Numbered from the stretch's first letter, positions 10,016 through 20,839 are shown. The stretch: DNA of 64,000 bases from Hyphomicrobiales bacterium (GCA_031421835.1 JANOPL010000038.1:1972-65971); one strand, 5' to 3'. Program-made: numbers and translations. The notes: a model not told the origin generated them from the letters alone.

Positions 10016-11610
10016 ATTGCCTTTGCGCGTTGGCGCAGCTTGTACTTTTCGATCTTGCCTGTCGATGTTTTTGGCAAGGTTTCAAAAACATAGTGTTTCG
10101 GCACTTTGAACCCTGCAAGATATTGGCGAACGAAGGCTTTCAGTTCATCCGCAGTTGCTGAAGCACCGGTTTTCAGTTCTACAAAAGCACAAGGGGTTTC
10201 TCCCCATTTGTAATCGGGCTTTGCCACCACGCCAACCGCACTGATTGCGGGGTGGCGATAAAGAGCCGCTTCAACCTCTATCGAAGATATGTTTTCGCCG
10301 CCCGAAATAATGATGTCTTTAAAGCGATCTTTTATCTCAATGAATCCGTCTGGATGTTGCACTGCCACATCACCGGAATGGAACAGGCCACCGGCAAAAG
10401 CCGCTTCCGTTGCTGCTTCGTCTTTATGATAACCTTTCATGATCGTGTTTCCCCGCAGCATGATTTCACCCATGGTCTTGCCATCCCTCGGCAAAATCTC
10501 ACCCGTTTGGGTGTCACGAATATCAGCCGTTTCCGCCATCGGAAAACGCACGCCCTGGCGCGCTTTGATCTTGGCACGTTCGGCAAAATCAACATTGTCC
10601 CAGTCGTCATGCCAAACCGATTGCACCACGTGGCCATAGGTTTCGGTGAGGCCATAGACTTGCATGACGTTAAAACCCAGCGCTTCAACTTTTTCAAGCA
10701 CGGCAGCAGGCGGTGGGGCACCTGCAGTCATGGCTTGCACGGTGCGGGGTACCTTCTCCGCTGCCTCAACCAACATCGACAGCACAATTGGCGCTCCCCC
10801 AAAATGCGTTACGCCGTGCTGACGGATTGCGTCATTGATGGCTTGGGCTGACACCTGCCTGCAACACACAATAGTGGCGGCAAGGGCGGTCATCGTCCAT
10901 GCATGTCCCCAACCGTTACAATGGAACATGGGCACGGTGTAGAGGTATGCGGGGTGACCTGAAAGCCCCCAGCCCGCAATGGTACCAAGTGCCATCAGAT
11001 AAGCGCCGCGGTGGTGGTAAAGAACGCCCTTTGGTTTGCCGCTGGTGCCTGATGTGTAGTTAAGGCACAGCGTTTGCCATTCATCGTCAGGTCTGAGAGG
11101 CACGAAATTCTGTGTGTCGGCATTTGTCAAATCCGCGTGGCGAACACTGTTTGAAAGTGCCGTACCCGGTCCGCCCAGATCGATGATTATTGGGGCCTTG
11201 TTTTCAATACACTTCAAAGCCGCTTCGGCCAGCGCAGCACATTGGCGATCCAACATCAGAACGCGCGTTTCAGCATGATCAAAAATGTAAGCCACAGTTT
11301 CGAAATCAAGCCTGATATTGATGGTGTTGAGAACAGCACCCGCCATGGCGACGGCAAAGTGCGCTTCAAACATTTCTGCTGTATTGGGTGCCAATACTGA
11401 CACGACGTCGCCCGGTTTCACACCCAGGCGGACGAGGCCTGCTGCCAAACCTAGACAGCGCTGGCGCACTTCAGACCACGTGAAGCGGCGCGCGTCGTCT
11501 ATCAGCGCCACACGATCAGGATAAACCTCTGCCGTGCGGTCGAGGAAAGACAATGGAGTCAACGGAACAAAGTTGGCGGCGCGGGGGCGGAGATAGGTTG
11601 CTTCGCTCAT
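10012..11610 (-). CDS. dmdB: Acyl-CoA synthetase, DmdB-like (MMPA-CoA ligase)
   Basis: ANFVPLTPLSFL N-terminus, YTSGTSGKPKG AMP-binding loop, YGLTET, TSTGKI. The dmdB name relies on operon context. Confidence 0.75.
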   Translation of the reverse strand: MSEATYLRPRAANFVPLTPLSFLDRTAEVYPDRVALIDDARRFTWSEVRQRCLGLAAGLVRLGVKPGDVVSVLAPNTAEMFEAHFAVAMAGAVLNTINIRLDFETVAYIFDHAETRVLMLDRQCAALAEAALKCIENKAPIIIDLGGPGTALSNSVRHADLTNADTQNFVPLRPDDEWQTLCLNYTSGTSGKPKGVLYHHRGAYLMALGTIAGWGLSGHPAYLYTVPMFHCNGWGHAWTMTALAATIVCCRQVSAQAINDAIRQHGVTHFGGAPIVLSMLVEAAEKVPRTVQAMTAGAPPPAAVLEKVEALGFNVMQVYGLTETYGHVVQSVWHDDWDNVDFAERAKIKARQGVRFPMAETADIRDTQTGEILPRDGKTMGEIMLRGNTIMKGYHKDEAATEAAFAGGLFHSGDVAVQHPDGFIEIKDRFKDIIISGGENISSIEVEAALYRHPAISAVGVVAKPDYKWGETPCAFVELKTGASATADELKAFVRQYLAGFKVPKHYVFETLPKTSTGKIEKYKLRQRAKAI

Positions 11611-12710
11611 AGGAAAGGCAACTCCACAAGTTTTGCTGCGTTAAGCCCCGAAGCCCGGTGAATGGCAATAGTTTCCCCCACCGATACGGCTGACGAAATC
11701 AAAGCAAAACCAATGTTGGCCTTCATGCGTGGTGACCAGACGCAGTTTGTCATCTTTCCAACACTGCTGCCCTTGTGGAAAATTTCTTCCAACCTGAACC
11801 CCAGAGGCGCTGGTTTATTGCCTTCCAGAATCACGCCCAATTGATGCCGCTTCACACCCTCGGCTTTGACTTTGCGCAGGGCCTGAATGCCGATCACATC
11901 ATCAGGGACATCCAGATCAACATACTTGCCCAATCGTACCTCGAACGGATTTGTGTTGTCGTCCGTATCACCTCCTACCGACACCAGACCACTTTCTACG
12001 CGTTCGGGTGTTGCGGGCGCACCAGGGCCAATGTCCCAAGGCTTTCCCGCTTCCTTGAAAATGTTCCAAAGCTTGGTGCCTTTGGTCCCGTCTTTCAGGT
12101 AGATTTCAAAGCCACCTTGCTTGGACCAACCCGAACGTTGAACAGCAACGGGAATGCCATCAATGACAGCGTCCTTGAACCAGAAATATTTGAGAGCTCG
12201 CACCCATTCTCCACAGACGTGGGCCACAACGTCTTCTGCCATCGGGCCTTGCAGCGCCATGGGTGAGACATCGGGCTCGCTGATCTCTACATTCAAGCCG
12301 CGTTCTGCTGCAATGGCACTGGCCCAGAACCAGATGTCACTATCTGCAATCGACAACCAATAAAGGTCTTCAGCATGCTTCAGCAAAATTGGATCGTTGA
12401 TGACAGTGCCCCGATGGTTGCAGAGCGGCACATATTTGCCCTGACCGAATTTGCAAGTTGAAAGATCACGAGGACTGAGAATTTGTGCGAGTTTGCCAGC
12501 GTCCGGACCTTTCAACTGGACCTGCCGTTCGACACCCACGTCCCATTGGGACACGCCATTGATCAGCCGCCAGTATTCGGCTTCCGGATTGCCATAGGAC
12601 GTTGGCATGATCATGCGGTTATAGACATTGGCGGCGACCATGCCTTCCGCTGCGGCTGCTTCAAAAAACGGGGAAGGACGAACGCGGGCAGTTGGGGAAA
12701 ACGAGAACAT
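11607..12710 (-). CDS. dmdA: GcvT-family demethylase, DmdA-like (DMSP demethylase)
   Basis: Start reassigned to ATG 12710 (AGAGG RBS). WDVGVERQV, NDPILLK, WLSIADSD and RSGWSKQGGFEIY match DmdA motifs. ATGA overlap with dmdB. Confidence 0.7.
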   Translation of the reverse strand: MFSFSPTARVRPSPFFEAAAAEGMVAANVYNRMIMPTSYGNPEAEYWRLINGVSQWDVGVERQVQLKGPDAGKLAQILSPRDLSTCKFGQGKYVPLCNHRGTVINDPILLKHAEDLYWLSIADSDIWFWASAIAAERGLNVEISEPDVSPMALQGPMAEDVVAHVCGEWVRALKYFWFKDAVIDGIPVAVQRSGWSKQGGFEIYLKDGTKGTKLWNIFKEAGKPWDIGPGAPATPERVESGLVSVGGDTDDNTNPFEVRLGKYVDLDVPDDVIGIQALRKVKAEGVKRHQLGVILEGNKPAPLGFRLEEIFHKGSSVGKMTNCVWSPRMKANIGFALISSAVSVGETIAIHRASGLNAAKLVELPFL

Positions 12711-12786
12711 CGGCGCCTCTTGGTGTGAATGTTTCAACGTGATTGTCAGTGAATGAGGGCTTGCGTCAAACAACCGTTTCAATGAT

Positions 12787-12807
12787 CATGACAGCGTTTT
12801 TGTTATG
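12787..12807. promoter_or_regulatory. Imperfect palindrome between the divergent dmdA and LysR genes; candidate LysR operator
   Basis: CATGAC-N9-GTTATG, one mismatch from a perfect inverted repeat. Confidence 0.35.
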
Positions 12808-12826
12808 CATAGGTTGGATATGTGAA

Positions 12827-13753
12827 ATGCAGCCCGAATTCCCACCTCTCATCTGGTTGCGTGCATTTGAAGCCGCAGCCAGACATTTGAGCTTTACGGA
12901 TGCTGCCCGTGAATTAAACCTGACGCAGGCAGCGGTTTCAAAACACATCAAATCGCTCGAATTGAACTTGCGTCACCAACTCTTCATCCGGCGGACACGC
13001 AGTCTGGAGCTCACCAAACTGGGCGAAGCCTATCTGCCGAAAGTCCACGATGCTTTCGAGCGCTTGGCAATTGGAACGCGCGAGGTGTTTGGTAGGCGTC
13101 GCTCCCAAGACTTGACGCTGCGGTGTGCGGTTTCATTCGCTGTCAACTGGTTGGCACCCCGACTGCCGCACTTTCTCGATCAACATCCCGGCAGAAACAT
13201 CAGACTTGTTTCAAGTGTCTGGACCGACGCATTTGACGCTGATGTCTATGATCTCGATATTCAATATGGAACAGGGGACTGGAATGGCGTTCAAAGCCAT
13301 CGACTGAGTTGGGAAACAATTACGCCTCTGTGTGCACCTGCAATGGTTGACCAGCTAAAGTCCCCGCACGATTTAGGATCACAGCGTCTATTGCATGTGT
13401 TGGGCTATCAGGAGGGTTGGGGCACCTGGCTTCGTGCCGCTGGAGCGATGGCTGTCAACCCCGGGCAAGGATTGCAGTTTGATACATCGCTCACAGCTTT
13501 TGAAGTGGCCGCGCAAGGCGGCGGCGTAGCGCTCGGTCGACATTCCCTTGCCACAAGGGACCGATCGGCTGGTCGTTTGGTTGCGCCGTTTGCGTTAGAA
13601 GTTCCTATCAACGAAGCGTTTTATGTACTGGAACCTGTGGGCCGAAAACTGCACCCCGATGCTGCTGCATTTGTCAGCTGGCTGATTCAAACTGCTGCGG
13701 TTGAACACTCGCTCACCGTTGCACCAGTCCATAGATTGCATCGCGCAGGATAA
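12827..13753 (+). CDS. LysR-family regulator (GcvA subfamily), divergent from dmdA
   Basis: PPLIWLRAFEAAARHLSFTDAARELNLTQAAVSKHIKSLE HTH; start reassigned to ATG 12827. Confidence 0.92.
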   Translation: MQPEFPPLIWLRAFEAAARHLSFTDAARELNLTQAAVSKHIKSLELNLRHQLFIRRTRSLELTKLGEAYLPKVHDAFERLAIGTREVFGRRRSQDLTLRCAVSFAVNWLAPRLPHFLDQHPGRNIRLVSSVWTDAFDADVYDLDIQYGTGDWNGVQSHRLSWETITPLCAPAMVDQLKSPHDLGSQRLLHVLGYQEGWGTWLRAAGAMAVNPGQGLQFDTSLTAFEVAAQGGGVALGRHSLATRDRSAGRLVAPFALEVPINEAFYVLEPVGRKLHPDAAAFVSWLIQTAAVEHSLTVAPVHRLHRAG

Positions 13754-14726
13754 CATTGCTGGTCACGGCATCTTGCGCCGCAATTGCAGTCTGAAGTCGA
13801 TTGTCATCACGCAACTTTCTCACAACCCCACGCATGGCTTCTAAGGTTGCAATATTGGCACTGCATTCCGCGACCGGATCCAAGCCTGTGGTATCCGGAA
13901 AGGTGTCAAAGTAAATCGGCCGATCATAGTTGATGTGTTCCAGCACATAAATCAATTCTATGGTCTGGACAGGATGTACAGTTCCTACCATCAGTCCATC
14001 ATCTCGCTTGGCATAGCCATCGTTCAAGTGCACACCGAAAAGTTTTTTCTTCCTTGCGGCCAAGGCCACAGCATAAGCTGGCATTTCATCCGCATAGAGC
14101 ACGTGGGCGAAATCAATGGTGACGCCGACATTTTTGCGGCCAATTTCCTGAATGGCCAAGAGTGTTGTGCCAATGTCCGGCATCAGCGCAAAGCTGCGGG
14201 GCTCATTGGGTTTGTACTCGATGCTGACCTCACACGTCGGCACGTGGTCGGCCACTTCAGAAATCGCCTCCAGAGTTTGATCCCACAGGCGCGCATAGTC
14301 GGCCTGAAACGAATAATCAAAACCATCCTGTCCCATCCACAAGGTCATAAGGGAACCGCCGAGTTCCAGCATTTCGTCAAGGCCGCGTTTGGTCTGGTCA
14401 ATTGCGAGGCGGCGCAGTTTTGCGTCGGGGTTGGTGAATGCGCCGATCTTGAAACCCGGATCGCTGTAGTAGCGCATGGCAAACCCGTTGACGGATAAGC
14501 CCAGCCCGTCAAGATGACGCTTCATTTCTTTCAATTCAACACCTTCAAGGTGGTCCGGAAAATTCAGATCAACAGCGTTCAAACCCGGCACTGTTGCGGC
14601 ACGCGACAGCAAACCGAATACACCGGGCTGGTCGCTGCTGCCAGCATGCGCCTTTGACCCGCCGATTTTGAAAGAGTTTAATCTTGCGGCGTATTTATAG
14701 GGTTTTAAGAGGGGTTGGCTGGTCAT
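13713..14726 (-). CDS. Xylose-isomerase-like TIM-barrel sugar isomerase
   Basis: EYKPNEPR, GVTIDFAH, HLNDG...DDGL and YFDTFP metal ligands. Confidence 0.8.
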   Translation of the reverse strand: MTSQPLLKPYKYAARLNSFKIGGSKAHAGSSDQPGVFGLLSRAATVPGLNAVDLNFPDHLEGVELKEMKRHLDGLGLSVNGFAMRYYSDPGFKIGAFTNPDAKLRRLAIDQTKRGLDEMLELGGSLMTLWMGQDGFDYSFQADYARLWDQTLEAISEVADHVPTCEVSIEYKPNEPRSFALMPDIGTTLLAIQEIGRKNVGVTIDFAHVLYADEMPAYAVALAARKKKLFGVHLNDGYAKRDDGLMVGTVHPVQTIELIYVLEHINYDRPIYFDTFPDTTGLDPVAECSANIATLEAMRGVVRKLRDDNRLQTAIAAQDAVTSNVILRDAIYGLVQR

Positions 14727-14773
14727 AAGATGCACTTCTCACGCGATGCAGTTGTTGTAAAGAATGTATCACC

Positions 14774-15220
14774 TCAAAGTGCAATAACACCTTTGCGCAA
14801 GATGAAGCAGCCGTAGGGACCGGGATCCGATGTGCGGACGATGGCGAAGGAATTCTTCGCGGCTTGGTAAAAGTCAAAACGATCATATGCACCCATGATG
14901 ACCTTGCGTTGTTCGCACCCATCAATCGTCGTCTGCATTCTGCTAAAAATTGGTACAGTTCCGTCAGGGTCGCCCACCACGCGCATGCGCATGACAGGTT
15001 GCTCCACAAATCGATCGAGCGGCATCAACGACAGTATCGCCTCTGTCGCCTTGGGAATGCTACAGCCTGGCAGGTCAATCAATTTTCCATGTGTGGTGTG
15101 TTTGGCAATCGTCACAGCGGGATGATTGACATCGCACAGGACGATGTCATCTCCGTGCCCCATCAACATCAGTACATATAAGAGCTCGGCTGAAATGACA
15201 GGGTCAATGTGGCGTAACAT
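14774..15220 (-). CDS. RbsD/FucU family sugar mutarotase/pyranase
   Basis: MGHGDDIVLCDVNHP and RFDFY...YGCFILRKGV motifs. Confidence 0.88.
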   Translation of the reverse strand: MLRHIDPVISAELLYVLMLMGHGDDIVLCDVNHPAVTIAKHTTHGKLIDLPGCSIPKATEAILSLMPLDRFVEQPVMRMRVVGDPDGTVPIFSRMQTTIDGCEQRKVIMGAYDRFDFYQAAKNSFAIVRTSDPGPYGCFILRKGVIAL

Positions 15221-15231
15221 CAGCAGTCTCC

Positions 15232-16110
15232 TTAACTGTTACCGCTTACGAACGTAGCGGCATATCTGTTAGCAGATGCGCAAGCGTCAACGAGGGCAAC
15301 GCCTAGGGCCAGCTCGGCAGCGAGTTTGCCAACAAAACAATCGCCTGCCCCATGAGTAGACACAACGTCTACGGGATGAGCGGCAATTTCCGTTGTTTCA
15401 ATTTTTGGACCTGCAACCACTAACCCGTCGCCACCAAGTGTAACGATGATGGCATAGTGGAGTGAAATTTGTGCGGCCAAAACCGCCCGGGCTGACTTTC
15501 GGTCTGTGACGGACTGACCAAAAATCGCCTCCGCTTCGATGCGATTGACGATGAGAACATCAAGGTTTTGAAGCAGGTCCGCATGGAGCTTTCGCGCAGG
15601 CGCGGCATTCAGCACCACTTGAGAGCCATGCTTTTTGGCCGCTCGTGCAGCGGCAATATTTGCGTCTTCTGGAATTTCATTCTGCAAAACGAGAACTTTT
15701 GCCCCTCCCAGCTTCGTCATCTCAGACTCAATGGTTGCCGCGTCGATGGCAAGGTTTGCCCCAGACACAATCACGGCACCATAGTCGCCATTGTCCTGCA
15801 CGATGGCAACGCTCATGCCTGAACCGAGCAGCGGGTCCCTCGCCACGCATGTTTGGTCGACTTGGGCATCAGCCAGATTTGCCAAGAGACTTTCACCAAA
15901 AGCATCATTGCCGACGCAACCTATCATGGCGGTACGTACGCCTGAACGTGATGCGTGAACCGCCTGATTGCCACCCTTGCCCCCGCATACCTGGGACCAT
16001 GCACTTCCCACCATGGTTTCGTCGATGCGGGGAATGGTCAGTGCTTTGACAACAATATCCAAATGCAGACTGCCGCAGACCAGAACGTCGAATTTTGTGG
16101 CACTCGTCAT
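15232..16110 (-). CDS. PfkB/ribokinase-family sugar kinase
   Basis: GGKGGNQA, LQNEIP, VLNAAPA and STHGAGDCF motifs. Confidence 0.88.
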   Translation of the reverse strand: MTSATKFDVLVCGSLHLDIVVKALTIPRIDETMVGSAWSQVCGGKGGNQAVHASRSGVRTAMIGCVGNDAFGESLLANLADAQVDQTCVARDPLLGSGMSVAIVQDNGDYGAVIVSGANLAIDAATIESEMTKLGGAKVLVLQNEIPEDANIAAARAAKKHGSQVVLNAAPARKLHADLLQNLDVLIVNRIEAEAIFGQSVTDRKSARAVLAAQISLHYAIIVTLGGDGLVVAGPKIETTEIAAHPVDVVSTHGAGDCFVGKLAAELALGVALVDACASANRYAATFVSGNS

Positions 16111-16179
16111 CCATACTCCGAGCCAAATGGACTTGTTTCTGACGTTGTCAAAGCTCTGGCTGACTCCGGAGTCAATACC

Positions 16180-17784
16180 TCACAGCAGGCTGATGGCCTT
16201 GTCGGCCAGTGCCATGGTTGGGGCATTGGTATTACCAGAAGGGACAAAAGGCATCGCTGATGCATCGATAACACGTAAGCCCCTTATGCCGCGCACCCGA
16301 AGTTTTGTGTCCAAAACCGCCATTTCATCACTATCGACACCCATGCGACAGGTGCCAACAGGGTGCCAATTTGTTTTGACGGTGCGTTTGCAATGTTCGG
16401 CGAGATCTGCGTCACTGGTGATTGCGGAACCTGGTAGCAGCTCAGCTGAAATGCGTTGTGCAAGTGGTTGTTGAGCCAGCATGCGCCGTGCAAACTTCAA
16501 TCCGGCAATTTCAATTTTGATATCTTCGGGATCGGCCAGGTAGTTGTTGTCGATCACAGGGCGGTCAAACACATCGGCAGACCGAAGTTGAACATTGCCG
16601 CGGGATTTGGGTCGGAGCAGACACGCATTGATGGTCACGCCATCCTGTGATGTTGCACCTTTGACATCGCCATCCAAATAGACCGACGGCACGCAGTACA
16701 TTTTCAGGGTTGGGCGGTCTCCACCCTCCGGGTCGATGTAGGCGCAAGCTTCCACGCCGTTGCTTGTCACAGGGCCGGTGCCGAACATTAAATATTGCAA
16801 TCCATTGCGAATGGCTTTCAGGCCTTTGTCTTCGCCGAAGTATCCGTAGTGACCATTGGTGGCTGCCACCACTGGCACCTCATGATGGTCTTGCAGGTTT
16901 TCCCCCACACCTTTCAGATCAACAACTGGTTCGATGCCGAAACTTTGAATGTGCCGGGCGGGCCCGATGCCTGACAGCATCAGAAGCTTGGGCGAGTTAT
17001 AGGCACCTGCGGCCATCAGCACTTCGCCATCGCAGCGGGCGGTTTTTGTTTGGCCCGCTTGAATGTAGCTGACGCCTACGCATTTCTTGCCCTCAAGAAT
17101 GAGTTTATGAACTGTGGCGCCCGTCTCAACGCTGAAATTGGGATTGGACTGAATGGGGTTCAAAAATGCCTGCACGCCATTCCAGCGTCGATTTTTGAAC
17201 GTTGTGTATTGCATGGTGCCAACGCCCGCTTGCTGCGCACCATTGAAGTCAGGGTTATGGGAAATGCCGAGGCCTTGCGCAGCCAGAATATAATCTTCCG
17301 TCAACTGGCAGCGGCGACCAACACCTGACACATGCAAGGGACCGCCCACACCGTGCCAGTGGTCATTGAAGTCATGGTTATATTCCATGCCGCGAAAATG
17401 TGGGAGCATGTCAGCATAAGACCAGCCGCTTTTCCCGCCCAAGAATTTGTCCCAGTGATCGTAGTCGCTTGATTGTCCGCGCGTGTAAACCATTGCGTTG
17501 ACCGATGTACCGCCACCCAGAACCGCAGCTTGCCCCACGCCCGGTGCCCTGCCGTTTAAATGTTTCTGCGGCACGGGTTCGTGCATTTCAGTGACGGAAC
17601 CGCCCTTGACAACAATCATCCACGCTGCAGGCATTGGTAACAGGAAACGCGCAAGGCCAGGTGCTTTTGCAGGCCCCCGTTCCAGCATCAGGACTTTGGC
17701 GTTTTTGTCTTTGACCAGTCGCCAAGCTGCCACACAGGCGGCGGAGCCTCCACCCACGATGATGTAGTCAAACGTTGCCGTCAC
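16180..17784 (-). CDS. GMC-family FAD oxidoreductase
   Basis: [44 protein letters not shown] and GNTNAPT motifs. Confidence 0.9.
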   Translation of the reverse strand: MTATFDYIIVGGGSAACVAAWRLVKDKNAKVLMLERGPAKAPGLARFLLPMPAAWMIVVKGGSVTEMHEPVPQKHLNGRAPGVGQAAVLGGGTSVNAMVYTRGQSSDYDHWDKFLGGKSGWSYADMLPHFRGMEYNHDFNDHWHGVGGPLHVSGVGRRCQLTEDYILAAQGLGISHNPDFNGAQQAGVGTMQYTTFKNRRWNGVQAFLNPIQSNPNFSVETGATVHKLILEGKKCVGVSYIQAGQTKTARCDGEVLMAAGAYNSPKLLMLSGIGPARHIQSFGIEPVVDLKGVGENLQDHHEVPVVAATNGHYGYFGEDKGLKAIRNGLQYLMFGTGPVTSNGVEACAYIDPEGGDRPTLKMYCVPSVYLDGDVKGATSQDGVTINACLLRPKSRGNVQLRSADVFDRPVIDNNYLADPEDIKIEIAGLKFARRMLAQQPLAQRISAELLPGSAITSDADLAEHCKRTVKTNWHPVGTCRMGVDSDEMAVLDTKLRVRGIRGLRVIDASAMPFVPSGNTNAPTMALADKAISLL

Positions 17785-18785
17785 GCGGTCATCACCAGTC
17801 CCTGGTCGTTGAAGCGGTGCATACGGTCGGCATGGGGCTTCAAATTGATGCTATCGCCGGGTTTTCCAGCAAACTCACCGGGTGCGCGAACGACCAAACG
17901 GCCAATATCACCTGCGTCCACATGCAGGAATGAGTCGGATCCCAAATGTTCAGTGAGCAGAATTTTGCCAGCCCAACCTGCTTTGCCGGCTACAATATCA
18001 ATGTGTTCCGGGCGAATGCCGACGGTGGTGGCCTTCAGTTTGCCAGCTTCTGCGCCCGTCACAAAATTCATTTTCGGCGAACCGATGAAGCCCGCCACGA
18101 ACAAGGACGTTGGACGATTGTACAAGTCAAGCGGCGAACCCACCTGTTCGATGTGGCCTTTGTTCAACACCACAATGCGATCCGCCATGGTCATGGCTTC
18201 AACCTGGTCGTGGGTCACATAGATGCTGGTTGAGCCTAAATCTTTGTGCAACTGCATGATGAAAATACGCATGTTGACGCGGAGTGCTGCATCAAGGTTT
18301 GATAGCGGTTCATCAAAGAGAAAAGCCTTGGGGTTGCGTACAATGGCACGACCAATGGCAACACGCTGGCGCTGACCGCCGGACAGTTGACCGGGCTTGC
18401 GGTCAAGATAGTCGGTCAAGTTCAGTGTGGCAGCTGCTTTTGAAACCTTTGCATCGATCTCGCTTTGCGGCATCTTCGCCATTTGCAACGGAAAGCCGAT
18501 GTTCTTTCGGACACTCATGTGAGGGTAAAGTGCGTAGGATTGAAACACCATTGCCAAGCCACGTTCGGACGGGCCAACAGCCGCGTAGTCTTTGCCTTCG
18601 ATAACAATTTCGCCCGAAGTTGTGTCTTCAAGGCCCGCTATCATGCGGAGCAATGTGGATTTGCCACAGCCTGATGGGCCTACAAAAACCACAAACTCCC
18701 CTTTGTTGATATCAAGATCTGCCCCCGGAATGATTACGGCATCGCCGAACACCTTGCGAACTTTTCTGAGAGAAATATGCGACAT
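17781..18785 (-). CDS. smoK: Polyol ABC transporter ATP-binding protein (SmoK/MtlK type)
   Basis: [16 protein letters not shown] and [10 protein letters not shown] motifs; operon context. Confidence 0.82.
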   Translation of the reverse strand: MSHISLRKVRKVFGDAVIIPGADLDINKGEFVVFVGPSGCGKSTLLRMIAGLEDTTSGEIVIEGKDYAAVGPSERGLAMVFQSYALYPHMSVRKNIGFPLQMAKMPQSEIDAKVSKAAATLNLTDYLDRKPGQLSGGQRQRVAIGRAIVRNPKAFLFDEPLSNLDAALRVNMRIFIMQLHKDLGSTSIYVTHDQVEAMTMADRIVVLNKGHIEQVGSPLDLYNRPTSLFVAGFIGSPKMNFVTGAEAGKLKATTVGIRPEHIDIVAGKAGWAGKILLTEHLGSDSFLHVDAGDIGRLVVRAPGEFAGKPGDSINLKPHADRMHRFNDQGLVMTA

Positions 18786-19834
18786 TATTTCACTGCTCCG
18801 AATGTAAGACCACGTACCAGCTGTCGTTGCGAGAACCAGCCGATGACAAGAATAGGAGTAATGGCCATGATTGATGCAGCAGAAAGTTTTGCCCAGAACT
18901 GGCCTTGCGGGTTGGTGTATTCCGAAATCAGAAAGCTCAGCGGCGCGGCACTCTTTGTGGTGAGACTCAGTGTCCAGAAGGCTTCATTCCATGACAAGAT
19001 GAGACTTAAAAGGCAGGTTGAAACAATGCCTGGAATGGCCATGGGCGTGAGTATGCGAACCAGTTCACTCCACAAGCCCGCACCATCCATGCGGGATGCC
19101 TCAAGAATCTCAACCGGAATTTCCTTGAAGTAAGTGTAGAGCATCCAGATCATGATGGGCAGGTTGAACAGCATCATCAACGGCACCATGCCCCAATGGC
19201 TGTCAAAGATTGTGTACTCACGCAGGTCGAGGCCATGGCCCCAGTCCTTGAAGATCAGACCGTTGCGGTTGAAAATCAGGAAGATGGGCACCAGTGCGCC
19301 TGCTGGCGGCATCATCTTGGTGGAGAGAATCCACAGCAGTGAGTCTTGCGTGCGCCTTGTCCAGACCCAGATGGTGGGCGGGATGATCACCATGAACAAC
19401 AGGAAAAAACCAAGCCAGGCGTTGGTGACGACCCAACCTTGGGCATAGAGAACGAGGCAGGCCACTGCTGCCGTGCCCAGCACAATACCAAGCCACGTAA
19501 TGCCGGTGAGTTTGCTCGCATGCTCGGCCCGTGGCGCAAACGCCATTGACCATGCGGCAGGTACAGCGAAAATGAGACCGAGGAGCGTAGACAGTCCGGC
19601 GATAATAATCGTGTTGATGAGGTAGCCGACATAATCGGAACGGCGTTGCACCTCGGCAAAATTTTCCATGGTCCAAGGCGACACAAACAAGGTTTGCGGC
19701 AGGGAATAAGCGTCAGACTCGGACTTGAAGGCTGCAATGGCAGTCCACAAGATCGGGAAAAACATGAGGAGGCCAATTGTCCATGCGAGAAGACCGATAA
19801 GCCGTGTCCGGGTGGGAGAGGTTTTCATGGCCAT
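18785..19834 (-). CDS. smoG: Polyol ABC permease (SmoG/MtlG type) with an internal hydrophobic insertion
   Basis: C-terminal [24 protein letters not shown] and WNEAFW motifs. Confidence 0.8.
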   Translation of the reverse strand: MAMKTSPTRTRLIGLLAWTIGLLMFFPILWTAIAAFKSESDAYSLPQTLFVSPWTMENFAEVQRRSDYVGYLINTIIIAGLSTLLGLIFAVPAAWSMAFAPRAEHASKLTGITWLGIVLGTAAVACLVLYAQGWVVTNAWLGFFLLFMVIIPPTIWVWTRRTQDSLLWILSTKMMPPAGALVPIFLIFNRNGLIFKDWGHGLDLREYTIFDSHWGMVPLMMLFNLPIMIWMLYTYFKEIPVEILEASRMDGAGLWSELVRILTPMAIPGIVSTCLLSLILSWNEAFWTLSLTTKSAAPLSFLISEYTNPQGQFWAKLSAASIMAITPILVIGWFSQRQLVRGLTFGAVK

Positions 19835-19837
19835 GAT

Positions 19838-20704
19838 CTAGTTTTCCAGATTTTTGCCGACAAGGCGCACGAGGAAAATTGAAACGATATTGGCCAGCAC
19901 CACCGCGATAAGGCCACCTGCTGCGGCTGCGCCTACATCATTGGCGTTATTCAATTGTGAATACACGAGATACGTCAGGTTGCCGGCTAATCCGCCGGTG
20001 CTGGTCACTTTAATTTCCGCGAACGTATTCATCAAAAAAATGGTCTGGATCAAAATGACAACCGTGATCGGACGGGAGAGATGGGGCAACACGATATGAC
20101 GGAAGTACGCCCAGGACTTTGCTCCATCCATCGAAGCAGCATCTTTTTGCTCGGAATCGAGGGATTGCAAAGATGTCAACAGGATGAGAGCCGAATATGG
20201 CAGCCATTGCCAAGCGACAATCATGCCAACAGAAAACAGCGGGATCGAACCGAACCAATCAAACGGCTGCGTCACGCCGAACCAGCGTTGAATCTCGGCG
20301 AACAATCCGAACACCGGATGCATGATCAAGTTCTTCCAGACCATGGACGACACCGTCGGCATGATGAAGAAGGGAGAAATCATCAGCACACGGACAATAC
20401 CGCGCCCCCAGAATGGTTGATCAAGCAAAATGGCAAGACCTACGCCACCCACCACCGTGGTTACGATGACGCCGCCAACAAGAAGGAACGTGTTGATGAG
20501 ATTCTTGAGGAAAAACGGATCCTTCATGAAGTAGTAGAAATTGTTCCAACCAAAAAAGCGCACAGCGTCTGGGTCCTGCAAGTTGTAGCGCAGGAAGGCG
20601 AAGTAGAAAACCAATGCCAGGGGAATGAAGGCAAACCCCGAAAGAATGCCAACAGAAGGTGCGAGAGCCCATTTGGCAACGGCTTGAGATTGTCTTGTCG
20701 CCAT
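19838..20704 (-). CDS. smoF: Polyol ABC permease (SmoF/MtlF type)
   Basis: MATRQSQ N-terminus, WQWLPYS and DAASMDGA motifs. Confidence 0.8.
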   Translation of the reverse strand: MATRQSQAVAKWALAPSVGILSGFAFIPLALVFYFAFLRYNLQDPDAVRFFGWNNFYYFMKDPFFLKNLINTFLLVGGVIVTTVVGGVGLAILLDQPFWGRGIVRVLMISPFFIMPTVSSMVWKNLIMHPVFGLFAEIQRWFGVTQPFDWFGSIPLFSVGMIVAWQWLPYSALILLTSLQSLDSEQKDAASMDGAKSWAYFRHIVLPHLSRPITVVILIQTIFLMNTFAEIKVTSTGGLAGNLTYLVYSQLNNANDVGAAAAGGLIAVVLANIVSIFLVRLVGKNLEN

Positions 20705-20790
20705 ATCAATTGTTCCAAATCGATGAAGTTGTCAGCCTAGGGGAAGTGGAAGTAGAAGTCCGAGATATTTCCATTTCTGCGCGGCAGACG

Positions 20791-20826
20791 AAAAAGGCCC
20801 TCCCCACGATCATAGCGGAGAGGGCC
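20791..20826 (-). terminator. Stem-loop with U-tract directly after smoE (attenuator or mRNA-stabilising hairpin)
   Basis: GGCCCTCCCC-N11-GGAGAGGGCC (one mismatch), followed by TTTTT on the minus strand. Confidence 0.6.
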
Positions 20827-20839
20827 CTCGGGAGGAAGA

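Noticed and set aside
13713-13753. Convergent 3' overlaps (LysR/isomerase 41 nt; also ynjF/DUF817 at 34735-34787)
   Set aside because: Short tail-to-tail overlaps are common and encode only non-conserved C-terminal tails.
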